This document shows, one piece after another, positions 19,987-29,833 of a stretch of 64,000 bases of DNA. The first letter of the stretch is position 1, and every line of letters begins with the position of its first letter. The notes under the pieces are model-generated. The model saw nothing but the letters and a program-made list of their open reading frames with translations, did no database searches and was not told the origin of the DNA. The stretch lies in the sequence record SRR31156797_1217, one strand, 5' to 3'. Position numbers and translations under genes: made by a program.

Positions 19987-20709
19987 TCAATGTGCGTGTT
20001 CCAGAGAACCTGCACAGTACAGTACTGCCAGAAGTACAAATACGACAGCCTGGATAACACTTACCAATACACCAAGACAGAGAATCGGCAGTGGGGCAAA
20101 AAAAGCACCTGCAAGCATGAACAACACGGCAAGTAATACTTCTTTGGCAAAAATATTTCCAAAAAGACGCATGGAAAGTGAAATCAACCGTGCAAAGTTA
20201 CTGATGATTTCAAGGATAAACATGAAGGGAGCAAGCGCCTTGCTCGGCCCCATGAAATGTTTGTAGTAGCTGAGCCCATGGGTTTTAAATCCAAGTACAT
20301 GGTGTGTTACCCATACAATAAGGGTCATACCGAGCGTAATATTCAGATTTGAGGTCGGCGACATGAAACCTGGAATCAAACCGATCATGTTAGCGAGAAT
20401 GATGTAGAAGAAAAAGGTGGCCATCATGGGAAATAACAATTTTGCCCCGGCTTCCCCCAAGTTCTCTGTGAAAAAATCCATCAGACCGCCGACCATAACT
20501 TCCCAAAAATTCTGACCGCTGCCCGGTACCATTTCCAATTTTCCCATGGTCAGCTTAGGCACAACAATAAGAAAAGCCATGACCAACCAAGTATAGGTCA
20601 TATACGGTGTACAGAGCTGTTCCAGCAAGCCGTGTCCGGTTATCGTATGCGGGACCGGAAGCCCAAGCATTTCCAGAATGATCGAAATAAATAATATTGG
20701 ATGTTCCAT
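19987..20709 (-). CDS. atpB: F0 ATP synthase subunit a
   Basis: SPTSNLN, SLSMRLFGN, IQAVVF. Confidence 0.96.
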   Translation of the reverse strand: MEHPILFISIILEMLGLPVPHTITGHGLLEQLCTPYMTYTWLVMAFLIVVPKLTMGKLEMVPGSGQNFWEVMVGGLMDFFTENLGEAGAKLLFPMMATFFFYIILANMIGLIPGFMSPTSNLNITLGMTLIVWVTHHVLGFKTHGLSYYKHFMGPSKALAPFMFILEIISNFARLISLSMRLFGNIFAKEVLLAVLFMLAGAFFAPLPILCLGVLVSVIQAVVFVLLAVLYCAGSLEHAH

Positions 20710-20712
20710 AAC

Positions 20713-21156
20713 CTATACGCTCCTCAAACCTTGCTCGGAATAAAATATTTTGCCTCTGCTCAGGACAACAAGGATTACACTGAGCATGACTGTAGCCAGG
20801 CCAAGACTTAAACCGATCATATTGATAGGAAGTTTGGCAACCAGCACAATTAACAATAAACCCAACACTACCAGACGGGCATAAAACTTAATAAAAAACC
20901 GAATTTTTTCGGCTTGCGAAACTGCATCCGCAGACCTACCGGCTTGACTGACTTTATTGAGTAGTTGGGTAAGATCCTTTTTCAACAAAAAAAAACTCAC
21001 ATTCACCAAAACGCCCCCAATCAAAACAGATACGGCGAATTGATGGCTATATACCAGCCAACTTCCAGCAGTAAACACAACCAGCAATAACCAGCTAAAC
21101 CCGGTTATGTAGCGTAACAATGCTGCGTCGGAGTCTTTTTTAATCTGTTTGTTCAT
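20713..21156 (-). CDS. atpI: ATP synthase protein I
   Basis: Four TM segments, directly upstream of atpB. Confidence 0.8.
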   Translation of the reverse strand: MNKQIKKDSDAALLRYITGFSWLLLVVFTAGSWLVYSHQFAVSVLIGGVLVNVSFFLLKKDLTQLLNKVSQAGRSADAVSQAEKIRFFIKFYARLVVLGLLLIVLVAKLPINMIGLSLGLATVMLSVILVVLSRGKIFYSEQGLRSV

Positions 21157-21157
21157 G

Positions 21158-21391
21158 TCACTTCTTTTCATCCGATATTTTTTTGGTCAGGTCCCACAGG
21201 TTCTTAAAACCGGCTGCGATCCCAAATCCAAGAAAAATAAAGGTCAGATACGGTGTCGTTTTTCCATCAAAGGCTTTATTGTCCAGAAACCAGCCTATAC
21301 CAAATCCGATAATTATGGAAAAAACAAAGGTCATGCCAATGTGGCTGTATTCGGCAAGCTGCCGGAACATTTCTCTTCGATCTTCAGACAT
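21158..21391 (-). CDS. atpZ: AtpZ/AtpI family protein
   Basis: Two TM; IGWFLD...TPY...GFGIAAGFKN; first gene of the F0 block. Confidence 0.85.
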   Translation of the reverse strand: MSEDRREMFRQLAEYSHIGMTFVFSIIIGFGIGWFLDNKAFDGKTTPYLTFIFLGFGIAAGFKNLWDLTKKISDEKK

Positions 21392-21474
21392 CAATCGAAA
21401 CTCCCATATCCAACAGGTTCAATAGTTCGTGCTAGAGGTATCATGCACAACAACCAAACGCAATATTTTTTTAT

Positions 21475-22764
21475 CTAATTCATCAATTTTTTGAATGACG
21501 ACTCAATCAGATTCAGTGCTTTTTCCAAATGAATACGATCATGTGCAGCAGATATAAATGTTGCCTCAAACTGAGAAGGTGCAAGCCACACACCACTCTC
21601 CAGCATATTTCTGTAATGTTTTCCATACATTTCAGTATCTGCCTTCATGGCGGATTCAAAATCAGTTACCGGCTCATCGGTGAAAAAGCAGGTCATCATG
21701 GAACCGATACGATTAAGTACGGTAGGCACAGCAGCCGCATCGGCTATTCGTTGCAACTCAGTGGCGAACCAATCAGATTTTTGCTCAAGATTTTTATAAA
21801 AGTCTGGCTTCCTGACCAGTTGCAGCATGGCAAGACCTGCACTCATTGCCAAGGGATTGCCGGAAAGAGTGCCAGCCTGATAGACGGGCCCATCTGGTGC
21901 AATATTATTCATAATTGCAGCCTTGCCACCATAGGCGCCAACTGGAAGCCCACCACCGATAATCTTGCCCAGACAGGTAAGGTCAGGGGTAATACCGAAC
22001 CGTTCCTGTGCTCCACCAAGGGACAGCCTGAATCCGGTGATCACCTCATCAAAAATGAGCACAATGCCCAGCTCACTTGTTAACGCCCGCAATTTTTTGA
22101 TAAAACTCATTTCAGGAACGACCACCCCCATATTCCCCGCAACCGGTTCTACAATGACGCAGGCGATATCAAGATTTTCGTCACGCAAGGTCCGCTCGAG
22201 TACTTCCTCATTATTATATGGGATGGAAAGCGTATTTTTGACTATATCGTCAGGAACTCCCGGACTGCCGGGTATTCCCAAGGTAATGAGCCCTGACCCG
22301 GCCTTAACCAAAAAGGAATCTGAATGACCATGATAACAACCATCAAATTTAACCACCATATTCTTTCCGGTGCAGCCTCTTGCAAGGCGAACGGCACTCA
22401 TGGTTGCTTCAGTTCCTGAATTAACGAACCGAACTTTTTCGATGGAAGGGACACACTCACACACCAACTCTGCCAGCTCAACCTCAACGGAAGTCGGGGC
22501 TCCAAAGCTTGTCCCATTGACAGCCGCCTTTTGTATCGCATCGACAACCTCAGGTTGTGCATGCCCAGCAATCATAGGCCCCCATGAACTGACAAAATCT
22601 ATAAATTCATTTCCATCGACATCTGTAACGGTACATCCCGATGCTTTTTGAATAAACAGCGGATCACACCCGACAGATCGACAAGCACGGACAGGAGAAT
22701 TTACGCCTCCGGGGATAACGGCTTGAGCTTTCGGAAACAGAGAAACAGAACGATTAGTTAGCAT
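21475..22764 (-). CDS. hemL: Glutamate-1-semialdehyde 2,1-aminomutase
   Basis: PGGVNSPVRA, SGTEATMSA, FDEVITGFR, GKIIGGGLPVG, YQAGTLSGNP. Confidence 0.97.
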   Translation of the reverse strand: MLTNRSVSLFPKAQAVIPGGVNSPVRACRSVGCDPLFIQKASGCTVTDVDGNEFIDFVSSWGPMIAGHAQPEVVDAIQKAAVNGTSFGAPTSVEVELAELVCECVPSIEKVRFVNSGTEATMSAVRLARGCTGKNMVVKFDGCYHGHSDSFLVKAGSGLITLGIPGSPGVPDDIVKNTLSIPYNNEEVLERTLRDENLDIACVIVEPVAGNMGVVVPEMSFIKKLRALTSELGIVLIFDEVITGFRLSLGGAQERFGITPDLTCLGKIIGGGLPVGAYGGKAAIMNNIAPDGPVYQAGTLSGNPLAMSAGLAMLQLVRKPDFYKNLEQKSDWFATELQRIADAAAVPTVLNRIGSMMTCFFTDEPVTDFESAMKADTEMYGKHYRNMLESGVWLAPSQFEATFISAAHDRIHLEKALNLIESSFKKLMN

Positions 22765-23040
22765 AAGCCCACAACTCCTGAATTTGGGTAATAATTATTA
22801 GACGACTTGCTTTTCACAAATCTCTTAGTATACCACCGAGTCTTTTATGATGTCAAAATGAAAACGAAATCAAGTTACACGACTTGACAGAAAGCTAAAG
22901 ATGCTAAATTTCTCTTGTCACGTTTAATAGCTCAAGGTAGAATACCCAGTTATGCTGCCAAAACATACATAACTAATGAGAATTTAGATATTTTTTTTGC
23001 AATAAAAATTTCTTAACGGACGCAACAAGGAGAAAACAAG

Positions 23041-23370
23041 ATGGCAAGTGACAAGGTAATGCACGTATCAGACAGTGAATTTGACGAGAAAGTTATCGGC
23101 AACGACCTCCCCTGCTTGGTTGACTTCTGGGCTCCCTGGTGCGGCCCATGCAAGGCAATTGGCCCGGTAATTGATGACCTTGCCGATGAATTTGACGGTA
23201 AAGTCCTCATTGCAAAAATGAATGTGGACGATAATCCTGCTACACCTGGAAAATTTGGTATCCGTGCTATCCCCACACTCATTTTATTTAAGGGCGGAGA
23301 GGTTGTCGACCAAATTACCGGTGCGGTAGGCAAAAGCCAACTTCAGGATTTAATGAATAAAGCTGTTTAA
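23041..23370 (+). CDS. trxA: Thioredoxin
   Basis: DFWAPWCGPCK, IPTL. Confidence 0.97.
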   Translation: MASDKVMHVSDSEFDEKVIGNDLPCLVDFWAPWCGPCKAIGPVIDDLADEFDGKVLIAKMNVDDNPATPGKFGIRAIPTLILFKGGEVVDQITGAVGKSQLQDLMNKAV

Positions 23371-23380
23371 TTTTTGCCGT

Positions 23381-23419
23381 AAACGGTTCTCTGCTGCAAA
23401 TGGTAGAGAACCGTTTTTT
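23381..23419 (+). terminator. Intrinsic terminator after trxA
   Basis: aaacggttctct...agagaaccgttt followed by T-run. Confidence 0.75.
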
Positions 23420-23571
23420 ATTTCTGGATAACAAGTTACAGGCTTTGCACTAACCCACTCGCTGCTTGAAGGGAGCTGTTTAACCTCCCACCGCAAACAG
23501 CGAATTCCTAATTGATGAAATCCCAGTACTCGGTGCTCGAACTTTTTACCTCTGCACCCTCAGGAGGCATT

Positions 23572-24369
23572 ATGACTTTTTCCCCCAACCGTACCAACAT
23601 GACTGCGGCGCTGCTGCTCCTGCTGCTGTTTTGTCTTTCAGGGTGCGGTGCCTTTCAAGGTATGTTTGACAGCGTCACGTTTGGAGAACAAGAAGAGGTA
23701 CAGGGGTCTCCCGAAGTTTTGATTACTCAAGGCATGGATGAATATAATGTGGGAAACTATGCGGGTGCCATCAGAGCATTTGAAAAAATCCTCAACGAAT
23801 ACCCCTTCAGCCAGCAGGCAATGCTAGCTGAACTCAAAGCTGCAGACGCAAACTACTACAATAAATCTTACCTGGAGGCAAAACTGCTCTACCAGGAATT
23901 TGAAGAACGCCATCCCACCAACGAAGCTATTCCGTATGTCATTTTTCAAATCGGCATGTGTGATTTTACCCGCTCCGATAGAATTGATCGCGACGTTACC
24001 GGTGCCCAAGATGCTATCAAGTCATTTTCCAGGTTGCTGCGTACTTATCCCACCTCTCCGTATACCAAAGAGGCAAAGGCAAGAATTCACGCCGCTCGTG
24101 ATTTCCTGGTCAACCATGAATACTTTGTCGCCGTTTTTTATGTCAAAACAGAAAAATATGACCAAGCCATTCACCGGTTAAGATATTTACTGACCATGTA
24201 TCCCAGGTCCACCATAGCCCCAAAAGCACAAGCGCTTCTGCAAAAGTTGGAAGCAGGAGATCCACCACGATGGGGAATCAATAAATGGCTGCCTGAATTC
24301 TCAATGCCCACCTGGACGCTATGGGAATCGGATGATGAGGACAAGAGCACACCAAAAGCAACGCCGTAA
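23572..24369 (+). CDS. bamD: Outer membrane protein assembly factor BamD (lipoprotein)
   Basis: AGGAGG RBS, lipobox LSGC, YPFS, HPTNE, DRD, HEYFVAVFY TPR pattern. Confidence 0.9.
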   Translation: MTFSPNRTNMTAALLLLLLFCLSGCGAFQGMFDSVTFGEQEEVQGSPEVLITQGMDEYNVGNYAGAIRAFEKILNEYPFSQQAMLAELKAADANYYNKSYLEAKLLYQEFEERHPTNEAIPYVIFQIGMCDFTRSDRIDRDVTGAQDAIKSFSRLLRTYPTSPYTKEAKARIHAARDFLVNHEYFVAVFYVKTEKYDQAIHRLRYLLTMYPRSTIAPKAQALLQKLEAGDPPRWGINKWLPEFSMPTWTLWESDDEDKSTPKATP

Positions 24370-24482
24370 AATAGTAGCCGGTATCGTCGGGCGTATCTTT
24401 CACGGGGTAAAGACAAAATGATGCAGAAGCGATACTCCTCACCAAGGAAGTTGCCCGGCAATAACTTGAACACCTCGCAGCC

Positions 24483-24589
24483 CATATTCAGGTCATCTTT
24501 GGCTTATCTATAACCACAAAGTCCTCGACGCAACATAACTACGCCTACGGCTTTATTGACTTAGATCACCCAAATCTAACCTGAACATG
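24483..24589. mobile_element. Degenerate MITE/REP-like long inverted-repeat element
   Basis: catattcaggtcatctttgg (24483-24502) vs ccaaatctaacctgaacatg (24570-24589): 16/20 inverted match, plus inner pairing atcta/tagat and aaag/cttt. Confidence 0.5.
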
Positions 24590-24611
24590 AACGCTCTATT
24601 GCCCAACTTAT

Positions 24612-25178
24612 TTACGGACAGCTCCTAAGCAGTTTCTCCACCTTTTTTAACAGTGCAGAAAGTTCTTGTTCCGTATCAAAGCGAATCAGGCTCCCCGCAG
24701 TGCCGATTGCAGGGTCTGTAAAAGAATCCAGCTGATGTTGATATATCTCCCACCTGCCATCAGATACCGCCATTTCATCAGCTGCCCTTTTTGCCAGACG
24801 ACGCCTAACTTCATCTGCCGAGCAAGTGCAATAAACAAAGACGGGTACGGCACCGTACTGTCCCGCCATTTCTACAACAGCTGTCCGTTCTTCCAAACTA
24901 CTGTATGAACCATCCAGCAATATAACAGGCTCCCCCAGTTCCATATCAGCGGCAGCCTGCGCAAGCATTGCCGCATAGGTTCTTTGAGTAAACTCTGCAC
25001 TGTATATACCCTGACCAACAGCATCTGGACGTTTATCAGTGGGTGACAATCCGGCAAGAGTCTTCCGCATCCGGTCGGTATTGTAATATGGGATAGTGTT
25101 GACCGCTGCATAGGCGCTGGCAAGAGTCGACTTTCCAGAAGCTGTCATACCAAAAAACACAATTATTTTCTTCTGCAC
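24612..25178 (-). CDS. P-loop kinase (AAA_33 / gluconate-kinase-like)
   Basis: GMTASGKST, TDRMRK, GIYS, LLDGSY, SDGRWEIY; GGAGG RBS before GTG. Confidence 0.85.
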   Translation of the reverse strand: MQKKIIVFFGMTASGKSTLASAYAAVNTIPYYNTDRMRKTLAGLSPTDKRPDAVGQGIYSAEFTQRTYAAMLAQAAADMELGEPVILLDGSYSSLEERTAVVEMAGQYGAVPVFVYCTCSADEVRRRLAKRAADEMAVSDGRWEIYQHQLDSFTDPAIGTAGSLIRFDTEQELSALLKKVEKLLRSCP

Positions 25179-25220
25179 GCCTGTCCTCCATTACTGCTGC
25201 CAACCATATTGCACCTATTC

Positions 25221-26237
25221 TCAATTTTGGGCATACTGATGAGCCAGTTCGAAATATTTAGCAGCACTTTTCAGACTGTCTGCCCGTACGCCTGCATCAA
25301 CGATAGGATCAGCAGCAGTAAAAAGACCGATTTTACCACGGACAAACGCCCGATAGCACTTATAAAAATCGAGCATATTCACCAGTCCCGGATCTTTTGC
25401 TGCCTGGCAGAAACGATCAATGAAAAGTTGGGATAAATCTGCTAATCCATAATAGTCGAGATCCATTGCAAGAAAGGCGACATCACATGCAACATCGTGA
25501 AAACGAAAGCGTTCGTTAAACTCAATGCAGTCATATATATATGCATGCCCTTCTGTCAGGCAGATATTCACAGAATGAAGATCGCCGTGACAATCACGGA
25601 TATGGCCGCCGGCAATACGCCGTGCGAAACGCTCCGTCTGGCCAAGTATATCCTTGGCATAGCTACTGATATCTGTAAACTGCTGCTGAGTTAATGCTCC
25701 CTGGTCGATAAAATTTTTAGTTTGTTCAAAATTTTCCAACACATTTGTTGCGACAGCATCGGCCGTCCCAAACTGTTCGATTTCATCACTTGTGGCAGCA
25801 TTTTTATAAAAAGGAACCAATGTATCGACGATGTTGTCCAAATGCTGTTCATTGATTTTTCCGGCCTGCATGACATTGCCCATCATTCCCTCTTCCGGCA
25901 TGCGGACCATTTTCACCCCATACTCAACAATCTCTCCAGGCCCATCAATTGAGTACTTCTCTCCATCAAGGTTGATTTTTACCAAATCAAGATAAATATC
26001 AGGACAGAGGCGCCTGTTCAAGGTAAGTTCCTGGCCACAATAAAAGTGCCGCTTGTCAAAATCTGAAAAATCGAGGAATCCAAAATTTACAGGTTTTTTG
26101 AATTTATAGACAAAATCTCCGGCTAAGAGCACATAGGAGATATGGGTCTGCACCAGCTTGACATTATCAACCGGATGCGAATAGAGTGCAGGTTGCAGCA
26201 GGGCTTGAATAAATGCGGGGAGCGTTTCTTCAGTCAT
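25221..26237 (-). CDS. Aminoglycoside-phosphotransferase-like kinase (N-half of the usual APH+AAA fusion)
   Basis: QTHISYV, YKFKKPV.FGFLDF, RDCHGDLH, DCIEFN, DVAFLAMDL. Confidence 0.88.
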   Translation of the reverse strand: MTEETLPAFIQALLQPALYSHPVDNVKLVQTHISYVLLAGDFVYKFKKPVNFGFLDFSDFDKRHFYCGQELTLNRRLCPDIYLDLVKINLDGEKYSIDGPGEIVEYGVKMVRMPEEGMMGNVMQAGKINEQHLDNIVDTLVPFYKNAATSDEIEQFGTADAVATNVLENFEQTKNFIDQGALTQQQFTDISSYAKDILGQTERFARRIAGGHIRDCHGDLHSVNICLTEGHAYIYDCIEFNERFRFHDVACDVAFLAMDLDYYGLADLSQLFIDRFCQAAKDPGLVNMLDFYKCYRAFVRGKIGLFTAADPIVDAGVRADSLKSAAKYFELAHQYAQN

Positions 26238-26379
26238 TGAGAGATGCCTCGTAAGTTATTTTGACATAGACGAAATCATTGCAAAATAGTCACTTTACCA
26301 AACCAGCGGTAAAGCGTAAACGGTTTACCCGATTTTTCAAAGCTGTAATCATCCGCAGCATACCAGACACAGACGAGAC

Positions 26380-27132
26380 ATGAACGAAGCATACCTTAAG
26401 AACCTGCTCACTCAACTTCAGCAGGGAAACCTGGACATTAGCCAGACCGTTGACAAACTCCGACATTTACCAGGTGAATCGTTTTCCGAGGTCCAACTGG
26501 ACCATCACCGCATGCTGCGCACAGGCATCCCTGAAGTGGTCTTTGGTGAAAATAAAACATCGGACCAGCTCGTTACCATTCTTGACAGGATGCTACCGCT
26601 CCCACATGTCGTGCTGGCAACGCGGGTTTCTGAAGAAAAGGCTGCGCAAGTCTGTGAACGTATTCCAGATATAACATATCACCCGGTCCCTCGCATGTTG
26701 ACTGGCAACCGGCGGCATATCGCCACAGACTGTTCCCGCGGTACAGTGGTTATCACCACTGCCGGGTCATCGGATTTACCAGTTGCCGAGGAGGCGAAGC
26801 TGACCCTTGAATATTTCGGCCATCCTGTTGAGACAATCTATGATGCGGGGGTGGCAGGAATTCACAGAATACTGAACAGAGTTCCCTCCCTGCAAAAAGC
26901 CACCGCGGTTATTGTTATCGCCGGGATGGAAGGAGCCCTTCCTTCCGTAGTTGCAGGCGTTACCGGCGCACCGGTTATCGGTGTTCCTACCAGTGTCGGC
27001 TATGGGACAGGGGCTGGGGGTTACTCTGCACTGCTTGGCATGCTCAACAGTTGCTCCCCGGGTCTTGCAGTTGTGAACATAGATAATGGATTTGGAGCGG
27101 CCTGCATGGCAGATGCTATCAACAGGAAGTAA
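26380..27132 (+). CDS. larB: LarB / PurE-like nickel-pincer cofactor biosynthesis protein
   Basis: DHHR..RTG.PEVVFGE.K, AGMEGALPSVV, VPTSVGYG, MLNSCSPG, NIDNGFGA. Confidence 0.92.
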   Translation: MNEAYLKNLLTQLQQGNLDISQTVDKLRHLPGESFSEVQLDHHRMLRTGIPEVVFGENKTSDQLVTILDRMLPLPHVVLATRVSEEKAAQVCERIPDITYHPVPRMLTGNRRHIATDCSRGTVVITTAGSSDLPVAEEAKLTLEYFGHPVETIYDAGVAGIHRILNRVPSLQKATAVIVIAGMEGALPSVVAGVTGAPVIGVPTSVGYGTGAGGYSALLGMLNSCSPGLAVVNIDNGFGAACMADAINRK

Positions 27133-27176
27133 TAACTCCGCATCCCCCTTATTTTGCTGAAAATGCAATCTCCCCA

Positions 27177-27205
27177 TTGCATGATCACGGCTATCATCGT
27201 ATAAT
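27177..27205 (+). promoter_or_regulatory. Sigma-70 promoter of secDF
   Basis: TTGCAT-N17-TATAAT. Confidence 0.6.
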
Positions 27206-27266
27206 CGTTTTTTTTTACGTTCAGAGTCTTTTCTTTTTCACTTTACTCATATAAGGCATACTTGCA

Positions 27267-29825
27267 ATGAACACCTCTCTGAAGCTGAAAATCGGGTTAC
27301 TTTTCACCGTGATACTATTTTCCCTGATGACGCTGGCTCCGTCTTTTTACCCTGATACTCCGCAGTGGTGGAAAAAATATCTGGCCCCAGAGGGACTCAA
27401 ACTTGGGTTGGACCTTCAAGGTGGTATGCACTTGGTACTTCAAGTAGACCTTGAAAAGGCTATTGAGAACTCACTCGACCTTGCCGCTGCAGACCTGAAG
27501 GACGGACTTGCTGAGAAACAGATCACTGCTGTACGGATGCGCTCAGAGGACCCTTCCAAAGTTATCTTTACCCTCCCTAATACAGGAGCAATAGATACCG
27601 TACGTACTACGCTTGCAAGTGACTTCCCTAATCTCGACGTTCAAGTTGACGCCGAGGCAGGGAGTTTCCCCCTGATTACCCTGAAGCTCAAGCAAGAAGA
27701 AATAGAATTTATCCGTAAAAATGCAGTTAACCAATCTCTGGAAATCATCAGAAACCGCATTGACCAGTTCGGGGTTGCTGAACCGACAATTCTCCGCCAG
27801 GGCGAAAATGAAATTGTTGTCCAGCTGCCAGGTGTAAAAGATCCCGACCGTGCCATGGGACTCATCGGGCAAACGGCCCAACTCGAATTCAAGCTAGTAG
27901 CTGAGGAACAGGGACTCAACCTTGCTCAACTGCTGGCTGATGTCCAGTCAACAGGCCAATGGGAGCCGGGAAAAAGCAGAAAACAGCTCAACCTTGCGCT
28001 TCAAGGACGACTTCCACAAGGCACAGAAATTTATTTCGAAAAGGTCATCGATAAACAGACCAAGGCTGAAAGCCAAGTACCTATGCTGCTGGAAAGCCAA
28101 GTACTCATGACCGGGGAAATGGTCAAAAATGCTCAGGTTCGAATCGGCGGCAGCTTCAATGAGCCTTACGTCAGTCTTGATCTCACTGGTAGGGGAGGCA
28201 AAGTCTTTGCCCATATCACTGAAAAAAGTGTCAACAGACGACTGGCCATTGTGCTTGACGAAGTTGTTCGTTCAGCACCTGTCATTCGAGAACGTATTCT
28301 AGGAGGAAGTGCACAGATATCGGGAAGTTTTACCCACGAAGATGCAACTGACCTGGCAATCGTTCTTCGGGTTGGTGCCTTGCCCGCACCTGTTGAAATT
28401 ATACAGAACCTGACCGTTGGCGCGAGCCTGGGCCAAGACTCAATCAATAAAGGCCTTAGCTCAGGATTATTTGGCGCGCTCATCGTCCTTCTTTTCATGG
28501 TCATCTACTATCGACTTTCAGGAATTATAGCGGATTTCGCTTTAGTACTAAATATTCTGTTCCTCTTTGTCGGATTAGCCATGCTTGGTGCCACCCTCAC
28601 CCTGCCCGGCATTGCAGGTATCATCCTCTCCATAGGGATGGCGGTTGATGCCAATGTTCTTATTTTTGAACGAATGCGTGAAGAATTCGCGCTAGGAAAA
28701 TCGATAAAGTCCGGCGTTGATTCCGGGTTTAGCAAGGCTTTCTGGAGTATTGTCGACTCTCAAGTTACTACTTTGATCACGGCCTTGGCCCTGTTCTTAT
28801 TTGGTACAGGCCCGATCAAAGGCTTTGCAGTGACCCTCTCGCTAGGCATCATTTTCAACCTGTTTGCAGTTCTTTTCTGCACCAGACTTATCTATGACAG
28901 CTTGTATGCGACACGTACCCTGAAGCGCTTAAACTTTATGCGGCTTATCCATAAACCCAGCTTTGATTTTATGAAAGCCCGCAAATTTGCTTTTGCCATC
29001 TCAGGCGTTCTTGTTATCGTCGGTACTATCGCTTTTGTGCAGATTCTACGCGGCCAGGCAAATCTTGGGGTAGATTTTTCAGGTGGCTCTCTGCTGCAGT
29101 ACCACGCAGACCAGCCCTTTGCCCTTGAAGATGTACGCTCCGCACTTAACAAAAATGGCTACCCGGATATTGACCTCCAGGAGGTTACTGGAGAGAACCG
29201 ACTTATTGTCAAATTAAAGAAGTCCGAGCAAACCGTTGGCCATTTCGGTGACGAGATAAGTACTGTTCTAGCCCAAGAACTCACTGACCACAAATTCCTG
29301 CTTGAGAGCGAGTCGGAGATAGGTTCGTCAATTTCTGCAGTATTACGAAATAAAGCCATACAGGCAATCGCCATTTCACTGATGGGGGTTTTAATATACC
29401 TTGCTCTTCGCTTTGACTTCAGTTTTGGACTAGCTGCGGCAACAGCTACCTTTCATGATGTCCTTGTAGTTCTTGGTATTTGCTGGGCCATGAATATGGA
29501 AATATCTCTTCTTGTAGTAACAGCACTGCTCACCCTGGCAGGATATTCACTCAATGACTCGGTGGTAGTTTTTGACCGAATTCGTGAAAATATGAAAAAG
29601 GAAGAAGGCGAAAAATTTTATCAGATTATCAACAGTAGTATCAACCAGATACTCGGTAGATCTATTGTCACTTCCCTTACTACCGGCCTGGTCCTGGTGT
29701 CCCTCTTTGTATTGGGAGGATCTTCCATTCATGATTTTGCATTGACCCTTTTGATAGGTGTTCTCGTCGGGACCTATTCCTCCATCTTTATAGCAAGCCC
29801 CATTCTTTCACTCAAAAAGAGGTAA
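27267..29825 (+). CDS. secDF: Fused protein translocase subunit SecDF
   Basis: LGLDLQGG, RIDQFGVAEP, GMAVDANVLIFER (SecD); LGVDFSGG, GYSLNDSVVVFDRIRE (SecF). Confidence 0.96.
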   Translation: MNTSLKLKIGLLFTVILFSLMTLAPSFYPDTPQWWKKYLAPEGLKLGLDLQGGMHLVLQVDLEKAIENSLDLAAADLKDGLAEKQITAVRMRSEDPSKVIFTLPNTGAIDTVRTTLASDFPNLDVQVDAEAGSFPLITLKLKQEEIEFIRKNAVNQSLEIIRNRIDQFGVAEPTILRQGENEIVVQLPGVKDPDRAMGLIGQTAQLEFKLVAEEQGLNLAQLLADVQSTGQWEPGKSRKQLNLALQGRLPQGTEIYFEKVIDKQTKAESQVPMLLESQVLMTGEMVKNAQVRIGGSFNEPYVSLDLTGRGGKVFAHITEKSVNRRLAIVLDEVVRSAPVIRERILGGSAQISGSFTHEDATDLAIVLRVGALPAPVEIIQNLTVGASLGQDSINKGLSSGLFGALIVLLFMVIYYRLSGIIADFALVLNILFLFVGLAMLGATLTLPGIAGIILSIGMAVDANVLIFERMREEFALGKSIKSGVDSGFSKAFWSIVDSQVTTLITALALFLFGTGPIKGFAVTLSLGIIFNLFAVLFCTRLIYDSLYATRTLKRLNFMRLIHKPSFDFMKARKFAFAISGVLVIVGTIAFVQILRGQANLGVDFSGGSLLQYHADQPFALEDVRSALNKNGYPDIDLQEVTGENRLIVKLKKSEQTVGHFGDEISTVLAQELTDHKFLLESESEIGSSISAVLRNKAIQAIAISLMGVLIYLALRFDFSFGLAAATATFHDVLVVLGICWAMNMEISLLVVTALLTLAGYSLNDSVVVFDRIRENMKKEEGEKFYQIINSSINQILGRSIVTSLTTGLVLVSLFVLGGSSIHDFALTLLIGVLVGTYSSIFIASPILSLKKR

Positions 29826-29833
29826 TACAACCC

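Noticed and set aside
19658-21391. F0 genes without atpF/H/A/G/D/C
   Set aside because: Split atp operons are usual in Desulfobacterota
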